A stretch of 62,190 nt of DNA, counting the filler, from Sphacelaria rigidula (lineage: Eukaryota), in the NCBI GenBank assembly GCA_964200075.2. It is 5 parts of 5 records of this genome, joined end to end, with 100 filler letters (N's around TTAATTAATTAA, not from the genome) between each part and the next. Parts side by side here need not be neighbours in the genome. Positions count along the whole stretch, not along the records: positions 49,835 to 62,190 come from CAXNAA020003864.1; 4 more parts are not named here. One strand, given 5' to 3'. A program made the translations under genes and the position numbers. The notes below the pieces were generated by a model. The model worked only from the letters and a program-made list of their open reading frames with translations. It had not been told where the DNA came from and made no database searches. Positions within the stretch are counted from its first letter, which is position 1. The number at the start of each line of letters is the position of its first letter. Positions 51,458 to 62,190 of this stretch are shown here, piece by piece.

Positions 51458-51989
51458 TTAATGGGGGAAAGACAACGGGTGGGTGATTTCCTAGCAGAAT
51501 TCACTTTGTCACGGCAATTTCTTGTGTGGAGATTGTTGGCTTGTGGATCAAATACACGTAAAACACCTGTGAAAAATGGTGTACCTCTCCACCGCCAGCC
51601 GGTGAAAAAGGCAATCCGTACAAACCTCTTATATTATAGTCACGTACGAAAAGGCTCATAAAAGGGAAAGGTGATGTGGATACCATAACACAGGAGGGGA
51701 ATTCACATAAGTGTGTCTGTCGAAGAATCACCGTTCCACACATGGGAGAGAATAGACATGAGAATTGAGCACTGAAACTAAACCCATGAAAAAATAAAGG
51801 CGGGCAATTTTTCGGTGAAAGTGACAACGGAGAGCTTGTCTCAAAGCTCCAATAAACCCACATAGTGCGAGTTGGCTCAAACCGTCATATGAAAAAAATG
51901 TGTGCATATACTTCCCTCGGCGCCTCCGATGAGGTCCCCTCACCAGCGGGGCAGGGACATTGGTGCGACTGTGCGGTCTTTCTCCTATT

Positions 51990-54900
51990 ATAGGCACCTG
52001 AGTGAAATAGCGCCAACCCGTTCATAATGGACCCCTTTTGATAATCGGAAGACATGCCAACCCCATGGCCGTCAGGATGGACGATCTCTTGAATCAGCAC
52101 CATTCTCGCTTGGAATATGAGACCCAAATTATTCCCATCGAGGTAACCAATCGGTGAGAAGGTGTTGAGACTTTTCAGTGTGTTAGCGAGGGCACTCGAC
52201 TCTGCTACCAGTGCCAAAGAGGTTGGAACCGGCGACAACTCCCGGAACTCTCGGCCGCCCCAAGCCATGCGATCGCTCGGTCCTATGAGACCCCTCATTA
52301 TGTGAGCAACACACGCATTACTGTTTCACAGTCGACTGTGCTCAATAAGTGATGCAACGTGATCACCTACAAACAACACGGATTGGTCAACACCGGACAT
52401 CCGCGCCCGAAATCTTGAGGTTTTGCCCACCGCACATGAGGTATCGCCCCCTCTAGAGGAAACCAGGCGCTCACGAAAAACCCTGAATAGATTAGTCTCC
52501 AGAAGCTGATATCAACGATTGATGGTGTTGGAAGCCGAGTATCAAGCTACGCAACAATTACAAGTTGTGACATCTCAAATACCTTGAGCGAAACTTATTA
52601 GCTGCTTTGCCCGTAAGTCTTACTCCTAGACGCCAAGTATATATCATGGTGCATGTTTCATTAGCCAATCCAGGTGAGCGTTCTGCTGTACAGTGGATTG
52701 GATATTCCACGTCAACGGAATCAACGAAGAGCTGATGAACCAAGGAGTGCCACTCAAGTTCTGCAACGAGAGTCAGAGACATGGCTGCTGTGATTCGTTG
52801 CTCTCGCACCGTTTGTCCATGAGAACATCAATCCTACAGGAAGGAACAACAAATAAGGACCCCGGAAGCACACGTACGCACGAAAACCTCTCGTTGCCGT
52901 GCGTCCTTGAGCTTTACATGGCAGTCCATTTCATCTAATATATGTACTAAGAGACACATATAGCAATGGTGGATACTCGCAGGGTCCAAAGATCTTTACA
53001 ACCCCCCCCCCCTGGGTCAACACCATCACGAAATACAGTCGCTGTCACTGAACATGGTACCGCAATATTCCCATGGGCATTTTCGACATGCGTCTCCACG
53101 CATGTATTGTGCAGCAACAACAACGCCACCTCCGATGATGAATCCTCTCCGTGCTGGTGATGAACCACTTTCTATCAAGGTAAAAATCGAACAAATTGTA
53201 GTGAATGTGGTGCCGCCCAAAACAAGTGTCACCCATTTCTCCTCCTGAATCTTTCAGCAAGGCTTGTCCTGTTCAGTGTCGCTCCACCCCCTGCTAATCC
53301 TTGGCTGTCTGCAGGATCTTGAGGTGGTTTAGCCTGCACCCTTCCCCCGCGCAGGCGCTCTTGTATATCAGCTGTGCTCAAGTTGTTTGTCTGCTTCAGC
53401 GGCTGGGGTCTGTGATCACGCGACGCGAAACATCGGCAGCAGCGGCAGCAGCAGCAGCAGCAGCGAACGCGGCAGCAACCAATCAGATACAAAAACATCC
53501 AAGCCACGAACTGCGAATCGGAGGTACAGCAATCGAACACCGCAAACACGTATTACGACGAACGGCGATCGACCGTATCGCGAAAACGTCGCTACAAGTC
53601 GAAACGGGACGCAACCGTGCATGAAACGCAGTTACCAACCTATCCATACTCCTGTTTGGGGCTGCTAGGTTTGCATGGCCTTCGACTCGGGCCGCCCCCG
53701 TTCTTGCCACTCCTCCCATCCTTCGTCGGATATCTTGCAGCCTATCGGAGGTCCGAGTAGACAAAGCATCCTCCCTGGCCTGGGTGACATCCAGGGTATG
53801 TGATGCTGGTCGTAAAGCATTTTCGTCGGCCTCAAACGCGAGGGACTTGCGTGCAGCTTCGAGGTCCTGCCCCCCGCGGCTTGATGACCAGCTTCGGTAG
53901 GCATCCGAAGTGCGTCCGCGGTGTGGGGTGCTCTGCACAACACTGTCAGCAGCATGGACCTCTCTGCATCCATCGAGAATAAACTGGCGAAAGCGTGGCT
54001 TCAGCCTATCCACCTGAGATTCAACAACCAAAAACATATGTGGGGAAAAGAGGGTCGAATGTAGCGCAGCAACACAGACGGCGGCGTGTTCGATGGCGTC
54101 ATCACGGAAGGCGAGTACGGTAGCAGTACTGACGCCGGGACATTTGAGAGCGTGTATCAAACACTACTGATCGACGCGAAACCGTACCTACCGTTAGGCT
54201 GGCCGATCATTTCTTCCATCGAAGCATTTCCCCCCGGGACACACGCAGAATGGTATGCTGCCGTCTGCCCACACGACGGACCAGCAAACAAGCTTGATAT
54301 CAAGTGTTGAGCATCAAATACCTGATCTTCAAGAGTGGCGTAAGCCTCGGGCCAGCTCTGCAAATAGCTCTTCAGCTCATTTAGTGCTCCGGCGTTGTCC
54401 TCACCACCGCAGTCTCGTTCTCGCTGGGAGTCAGCTGAAACCAGCCCAATCAAACGCGCGATCTCTGCCACGTGGTCGGACTTCGTCCCGAGAATGGGTG
54501 ACGAGTGACGGCGACCGCCGTCGGTGCTGCTCTCCACGGTCGGTGTGGTCTGGCCATAACATAATAACGAGCACGCTCGACGTCTTAGTAATCTGACTCA
54601 GCTCAACGGAACAGAGTCACATGCGTGACGAATGTGAAGATGAAACGCGAACGACACAGCAAACACCAAGTGCTGCCGCTCAGCCTGCCGCACAAGGGTA
54701 CAAGGGTGGTGGTACACAAAATCACCAACTACTGAAGGACATTGATCACATGCGGCACACAAATACTGCTGTACTGCCAACGTCTGCCCTACTTGAACAT
54801 GAACTAAAACCGTTCTTACGGTCACAACAGCGCGGCACGAACAGGACCAATGGCATTTGTGCCCGTAAAACACTTCAGGCGAATATACAGGTCAACAACC

Positions 54901-57900
54901 TCCACAGCGTCCCGGTTCGAGGACCTCCCTATTTCGGTCAGCAAGATTTCGTCAGTCAAAACACACGAACATCCTCGCTCATTGAAAGTAGCTCACATCA
55001 GAAGTTAGAGTGACCTCTGCCCACAAAAGTTAACGCTTTTGTGCGTTTCGACAATCCTAGAGTGCCAGGAGGCGCAACATAGCATGGCCAGTAGATCGTT
55101 GCGAGCATTTGACGAAAGGATCAACAGCGACCCCGCAATAATTTGCATCACTATCGGTTGAGGCATGCCCATCTTCGTCCACTTCGTAAATAATCCAACT
55201 AGTTGTTTACTTCGACCACCAAAATGGCACGTTGACGCCTTTTTTCTGCGGGGTCTGGAGTCTTCTTGTTGATTCTTTTCAGGTTTGGCAAATTGACACA
55301 CTTCTTGGCCCCCGTAAGGGGAATATCGTCACTCCGTGTCTTGGACACAATGCCTCACGTCATTGTCAGGAGTCTAGCCCACTTTTTTTATCCTCGAGGT
55401 TTTGAGAGTGGCCACTTCACAGAATTCTAACTGGCCCTCAAAACTTGCACCTGGTCTTCAAATTTGTTGTTCCTAGTTGGATTGTTGTTCAGAGGCTGTT
55501 TTCGAAGCCTAATAGTGTAGCGGATCGAAAAGTGGCAATATTTTTATCCTCTCTCAGTGGTCATGCAAAGCGCATCCGAGAAACGTGCCGACAATATTTC
55601 CTGCCTTGCGGCCAAGAAATGTACCGTGCGTCAAAAACAGAAGAGTCTACGTGATAGAACGTAACCCCCTTTCGCCACGGTCCAAGTCGAGTACTCAATA
55701 GCAGAAAAAACACAACGGAGAGCCGACGAGTTCGCGGTCACTGCTAGATACCCCCCGGCACGAAAATGCTGTCAGCACTAGAAGATCAGGTTTCCTTCTG
55801 AGTTCTCATACTCTTACAACCCTGCTTGGGCGTAAACAAGATGAATGTCGCTAGGTCTCACATTGCTCTCGCTTGGAGTTAATTTGAGGCGTCGTAGTGA
55901 CTGTCGCCACGCCTCTTCCCTGACCGAGGCGTCGCTTGTTGAATCCTCTTGCTGCACTCTGCCACAGTCGACAGTCACAGGCGAGAATATTGAACAAACA
56001 TCATTACTGACACGTGAGCATCTACAAGCATGCACCTGAAAACGGCACGACCGTCCACAAGTGGGATAACTCAACTAACCTTAACTGGAATAAAATCATT
56101 TTCGTATAACTCAGCGGTACTTTTTCCACTGGATAAGTTATACAGTACAACTCGGCGGCACCTTTTTCCACTGGATAAGTTACATGGTATAACTTAGTGG
56201 CACCTATTTTTTTTCAAACTCAATGGCCCCTGTTTCCCTCAATTGAGTTGTACAACATGACAGTCAACTCATGAGTTGTTCGACGTGTGCAACTTTTATC
56301 CACTACGGCGAGTTTGAATGAAAAAAGTCTCGTAACCTGACTGGGCAGTAGGAAATGCCGGAGAAATGTGCACGCAAAGGTTCGAGGCCAACTTTGCCAA
56401 ATGGCGACTTGAATATCGCAGCGCACGCACCTGACGCTGTTGGCACACGAACACAATGCCGAGCTGCCCCATGCATTGTGTAGTTGCTCACAGACTTTCG
56501 ATACGACCCGCGTCGAGCCTTCGTATGCACGGCCTTCTTCAGCATCCAACTCCAGGGTACCGCTTGCGATCTCGGCCACATGATACTTGTGGAGAGCGCG
56601 TATCATGCTCGGTAGGTTGACTGACCCGAATCTGCCAAAAATAGCCCGAGAGTTTCTGGCGAGTCACAAAATTATGTAGTATGAAGCGGCCCGTAGGGCA
56701 GTACGCCCGTCACTGGATTCTAGGACGCATAGCACGCAGTTGCAAGTCTTTTCGAGCCAAGCCACACGACTTGATAATGCAGAGCAACTCACCCGTCCTG
56801 GCCCTGTGCGGAATTACCGCCAACTTTGCTTTGGTCATACTCCTTAGAAAGATGAGCCAGCAGCTTCACGTACACCTTAAGCAGCTTCGTTTCCAGGAAA
56901 CGCTTCCCTTGCCTGGATATCTGCAACCAGCACAAAAAAAGAAAAACGTGATCAACTCGTAAATCCACGCGCCACCTATATACAGTGGGCAAGTTATAAG
57001 GTTCCCAACAAGAAACGAAGTGAAGTTTATCTTAGGCCACATTTTCGTGTTTGTACCTGATCATTTGCCTTGTGTTCCGCCCTCGCAGAGTGAGCAGCAG
57101 CCATCACCTTGAGCAGGGCCGCGACGGAGACAGATAAATTGGCTGCCCTGGATGCCGTTGCCACGCGATTAAGTTTCTGCTGCACCTGGTGTACATACAG
57201 GATGCGACGCGAATACAGTTTAAATGAATCAGGCACGCATGTGATCGCTCGTGTCGTTGGCGGTTATGGAGGACAGGCTAGCGTATATGCACAACACTGC
57301 GATACAATGTCGGGTACGCATCGACAACTGCAGGAAATCCGGAGTGGGAGTTAGACTGGTTCACAGTTTTCACCCACAAGTCGCTAATCAGCAAATACCC
57401 TTCGCAGTACCCGTTCAACAGTTTCATGCATGGTGATCATACTGACCGCCATGAACAACTTAATAGGATGACGGCGGGATTTTTGTTCAAGGCCACAGCG
57501 GTGGTGCTGAGGGCGAAAAGGTACCTCGGCCAATCAGCGCCCTCCAGATTGTTCTGAAATGAAAAAGACGAGTTCCCAATCTTATTTCTACACAATCTCC
57601 ACATGCTTCAAATTACAGTAACCGCCAACAGCTCGGAAATCTAACGGAAAATGATGATAAATCACTTCCTGCGGGATCGGATTAAATCCAACACCGTGGT
57701 ATTTCGATGGCGTGGGCTTTTTACTTCTCCGGATGTCCACTGATGACATGCAACAAAGATCCAGAATACTTCATTACGGCTTCTCTTACATGTCCTAGAA
57801 ATGCTCAGGCCACCCTCAACCTTGGTGGTTCGGTAGGTATTGGTGCTACAAATAAAAAAATGTCTCTGATAACTGTTGCAAGGCTTCCTCACTTTTTATC

Positions 57901-60900
57901 GGCTTCTGGGGTCCCAGCGGGAAGACCCTCGGAAAGCGGGAAATGATGCCTCACAAACAAAATTGAGCGCGTCCTGTCGTGGTCGAAGGAACGTTCGTGC
58001 AGATTTTGATACCGTGACTAAAAAAAGAGTGATCTGATTGGGTCGTTTGAACGCTGAACGTAGCTGAAAGCCCGTTTCTCTACCGAAAACCAAGTAGTTG
58101 GGAGTCTGTACCTTTCGAGCTCACCTCACCGCACGAAGGCGCACACGCCGATTCTTGGACCTGGACTCTGAAAAATTGCACATATGTATTATGGGGCATT
58201 GAGAAACTGTCAAAGGACAGTGTTTCCCGATTTTTCCCCGCTAGTTATCGGAGGTCCCAGATGAGCATGTGATCCACACAATTCCTGAACAACTAGAGTT
58301 CGGAAATGGTTTGTCATCGAGCGGCGAAGCCAGGAGCCAAAAAGCCCTCCCCGACAAAGGGGACCCCGCCGGAGGCGCCCCCGGAGGGCCCAGCTGGAAG
58401 AGCCGTGACGGAGGCACGTCTCCACGCGATTTGGCTTCACTAGAGCTGAAAAAGATGTGAACTTTAGGCCAATTTCCAAGAGCAAAACCATAGCATACTT
58501 GGCTTGAAATTTCTATGAAAAAAGTAGCACACTTAATTAATTCATTTATTGGACTGCTGCCGCATGTTGTGTATTATCTATTGTTGTCGTGTGCTGTATG
58601 TGGCTTACGTAGCCGGTAACCGCTTATAAAGTCGGTAACGGCAAAAATTGGTTTGAGACAATTATCCGAAATCTTCATATAACCATTACCATCATTACCA
58701 TTATAATGATAATGGCCAGTTAAAACTGGTACCATTTCCGAGCTCTGTAAATAACCCTGGGACCTCCGATAAGCGGCGAAAAAAGACAAGAGCAGATAAA
58801 CACCGTTCTTTGATGTTCCGTGATATACGTGTTTAAATTATCAAGAGTCTAACCCCAAGAATTGGCGTGGGCATTTGCGAATGACTGAATTCCGCCACAC
58901 AAGCGTGAACCAGCCTGATATGGGCACAGGAATATCAAGAAAACGTACATCTTCCCGTTTTCCGGTGGCCGCAGTGTTTGTTTTGGCCAAACAAGATTTC
59001 TTGTCCAAGAACGGTAAAAAAACAGTGAAGTCCAGGGAAAAGTCTCGATTTTTTCTACACTTGACTGTTTTTTTCACCTTTCTTGGACGAAAATTCTTGT
59101 TTGGCCAAAACAAAATCTGCGGACACCGGAAAACGGGAAGATTTCCTGGAACCTCCTCAACTAGTAGAACAAGTCATTCCAAAGTGTCAAGCTCCTCCTG
59201 GCTCTCGTTTGGGGCGTAAAACGACGTGAAAGCTCCAAAAAGGCACTTTTCCAGATTTTTATTCTTGTCTGTTATAACGAGCGGCCTCAAAGAAGGGCAA
59301 AAATTAATATCCAGTTCTGACTTTGAAATCTAGAGTCATGAAAAAAAAAATTGACGTTCAATTTTTCTTCATTTCATTGTGCCCTGGCGATTTTTAATAT
59401 TAAATTTGAAACCCAACCCTCAAAACAGAGATGAGAATGGACCACTTAGAGCCTGGGTCGGTCGATATTCGGAACAGTATTCTGCAGGCCATTTCCAAGC
59501 CCCGTCTCGGTATTTGTGCCATAAAAACTTGTGTGGAGAATCACTAGGGCATGAAAACAAAAAAGGAGTGGGACACGGACATGGGAGGGTGTTTCAGTGT
59601 TCTTGAGAGCCTTTTTTCCATCAGAACGTCCTTGAGTCATGAAGGAAAAAATGAAGGCCCACTCTTGGGGTGTTTTCAATATGCCCTTGCGATTTTCCAT
59701 CCTCAATTTTGAAGCACAATTCCCCAAAATTGAGCTGAGAAACTGAGTCAAGGGCCAAAAACAATGTCTTTTTTGTCCTGAATTTTCCTGAACTCATGGA
59801 CTAAAAGGAAAGGTCCTGAACGCTTCGTTTTTATTTTGCCCTTGCACAATTCTCGAAACGGAGACGCGGAATCCAGATTCGGTGCATTGAGTGTCTCTGC
59901 TCGTAATGTATTGATCATGGTATTAAATATTATGTGCGCCAGATCTCTATATTAGATCAATGAACTAGGTGAAGTATGGGTATTGATCGTTTCCCCGTGC
60001 TCCAGCGAATGTTCACACCAAAAATCATCATCCACTGTACATATCGTTCGGGCTTTCACGAAGACTTGAGTGTACACTCTATCTCCGTACGGTATAGAAA
60101 TTACTCGACATAGCGTTTAACCAATGAAAAAAATGGCTCAGGATTTCGAGAAGATGGTCGTCTTAATTCCCCTTGATGAGACGATTGATGAGATATACGA
60201 ATCACGGCCCAATCCGTCTGTGTCGATGAGATACGGGTGTGAGAGCTCAAAATCCGTTTCCAGGCTGGCCCAGGTCGTACTCCATACAAGAAAGGCAAGA
60301 GCATGGACACACCAAAAAACTCATGGCGTCTTCCACCTGCCGTGTAAACCACGAAACCAGCTGCGAGTATGACAAGGGCACTACTACAGAGAATATTCTG
60401 CTCCAGGAGAAATTGCAATGAATGATGTGTCAACATCAGGGGCGATGTGCAAAATTTGAGCCACCTGCACGCAGGTAATGCTACTGCGCCAATCGCTGTA
60501 GCGCAATCTCATCCCAGGTTTGGAGGCATATCCAATTGGGAGCTCACCTGCCCATACGGGTCGCACGCCTTGTACTTCCCATGGAGTGCATGAGGACCGA
60601 GGCGCTGTTCCACTAGCCAGCGGCAGACCTCCCCAAGCAACGCCCCTAGTGAATCTTCGTCGAAAAAACGCGCTGACGTACTGCATACATCGTCCAGAGC
60701 AGTTACTACCTGTGGTGCCAGCTCCAGATCAATTCCACCTTCAAAAGGGAACAGACGAAACGAACAACAAACACATGGCGGGGAGTACAAATATATGCAC
60801 ATTGTCAAGCCTTGTTGGCCATCTAGAGGACACCCTCTGGAGAGAATGAATGGCAAGGCTCATGGGCAGATAGAAACCTCAATCAAGCCAGGTCCAATAC

Positions 60901-61901
60901 ACATGGTCGTTCCTTGTTTCACTCAGGGTGTTCACTCGCCTGTGCCTTCAACGCTTGCGTACTGCACATCGCTGTCTGCCAGTGGAGGGGCTCCAGTGAA
61001 AGCAAGCCTCAAGCACTGGACCAAGGTCATGATCAAGCGGGAATGATGACGTGCTAGCAGAGTATCTCCCCCTTTCCTGGATTCTTGTGCACTGGCCCAG
61101 TTGGCCAAACCCTTGATCTGAAGAGGTTTTTCATCGCAGACAAAATACTCATGAACAGCTGATTCACACATGAGTATGACAAACTGATCTGCACGGTGTA
61201 CGGCAGTAATTTCAACTGATGTTATCAAAAAGTTAAGGATGAAACGAAAGTGGCTCTCAAAACGCAAGCTGACCTGTTGCATAGCTGCCCGACGGGTATC
61301 GGGAAGAACGTCTGCAAGTGATTCATGTTGAAGAAGGCCCATCTCAACCTGAATGGCGTCGGATCAAATTTACGCAGCGAAGCAAGGGCGGGGAGGCCAG
61401 TGAGCAAATGGGCACCGGGCGTGTCAATCGTCCTCGCCGGGCGAGTAGTCACTCTAAAACACGTGAACAATTCATGCAGAAACATGGTTGCCTTTGACGG
61501 TTGCATCGGGTGAGTGTTGCGCTTGAAACATCACGAGCGAAATGAGCTGAATCATGCAGACAAAGAAACATGGGCGTTCCGAGGAGGCACGCTCAGAAAG
61601 CCGCCGGAGAGACCCAATTATTCATAAACAGCCCTTGTGACCAACGACGTTGATTGCGTTGTCGCAATGACGAACCTCGGCATTCCTCGCGAAAGTACGT
61701 GAGGTCACCGAAGACATCAACCAACAGCACAAAGCGCATCACGGATACTGGAATCCCAAGCAATGCCGAACCTCTTTCAAGAGCGCCCAGAACGCGGTCT
61801 CAGACGCGGTGTTTCCTGCTTCCCGCTCACGAGTACGCGGCGACAGGATCACCTCCAGGTCATTGCAGTCGAACTGGAATAGGGGTGCACCCGTCTCGGA
61901 A
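51990..61901 (-). pseudogene. Probable decayed multi-exon coding region of unknown family
   Basis: Same-strand protein-like ORF pieces (53483-54537, 56220-56606, 60101-60856, 60932-61506, 61676-61901) joined by single stops or frameshifts; some AG/GT-bounded. Confidence 0.4.
58949..59142. repeat. Palindromic element (probable MITE)
   Basis: ATCTTCCCGTTTTCCGGTG...CACCGGAAAACGGGAAGAT with ~85-bp arms. Confidence 0.75.
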
Positions 61902-62117
61902 CTGTCAGTACGGTAAAAACACAAAACACATTTCGCGCGATGGAGGTGTCAAAAGGATGCGTTGCGGTAGGCCGCACTAATTGTTGCACATAAGACGCTG
62001 CCGCCATTGAACGTATTTTTTGCGCATTTTACGATGTGTCAGAGGTCTCAAACCGTTGTGGTCGTTCCTCGTAGTAAACTTGTACGAGTATACGGTACGC
62101 ACCTTGGGTACGCAGAA

Positions 62118-62190
62118 CCGCTCGCCGCGGTGGCTCAGTTGGTAACCTCGTAACCTTCTCATTGGTTGAGTAGGGGGGTTCGATTCCCGG
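62118..62190 (+). mobile_element. Head of the same SINE family, cut by the window end
   Basis: CCGCTCGCCGCGGTGGCTCAGTTGG...GGTTCGATTCCCGG. Confidence 0.68.

Noticed and set aside
57700-61760. TGA recoding (alternative code or selenocysteine) in the decayed region
   Set aside because: Frameshifts and other stops also occur, and the ATPase uses TGG for Trp; ordinary decay suffices
62118-62190. tRNA gene
   Set aside because: No clear anticodon arm; matches the SINE head seen four more times

Overview
This is a eukaryotic, repeat-rich scaffold with four 100-bp N-gaps carrying a TTAATTAATTAA spacer. It is probably a brown alga or other stramenopile, inferred from the ATPase type, short exons with 0.25-0.9 kb introns and TTAGGG motifs. 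The only intact gene I can support is a minus-strand Na+/K+-type P2C ATPase alpha subunit. Nineteen phase-consistent exons (24949-37153, ~1093 aa) can be assembled, one intron is GC-AG, and both ends of the gene run into assembly gaps. All visible animal-type cation-site residues (M4, M5, M6, M8) are conserved, but the M7-M8 extracellular loop is ~330 aa with 10 Cys. The rest of the window is mostly nested mobile DNA. It includes a degenerate chromodomain-bearing Ty3/Gypsy element inserted in a LINE zinc knuckle, and two copies of an 8-bp-TSD TIR element built from AGCT-rich variable tandem arrays. It also holds a 1.5-kb foldback element, TTAGGG-carrying MITEs, piggyBac-, Harbinger- and CAC-ended MITEs, five copies of a tRNA-headed SINE, and decayed unidentified coding remnants at about 1-4.4 kb and 52-62 kb.
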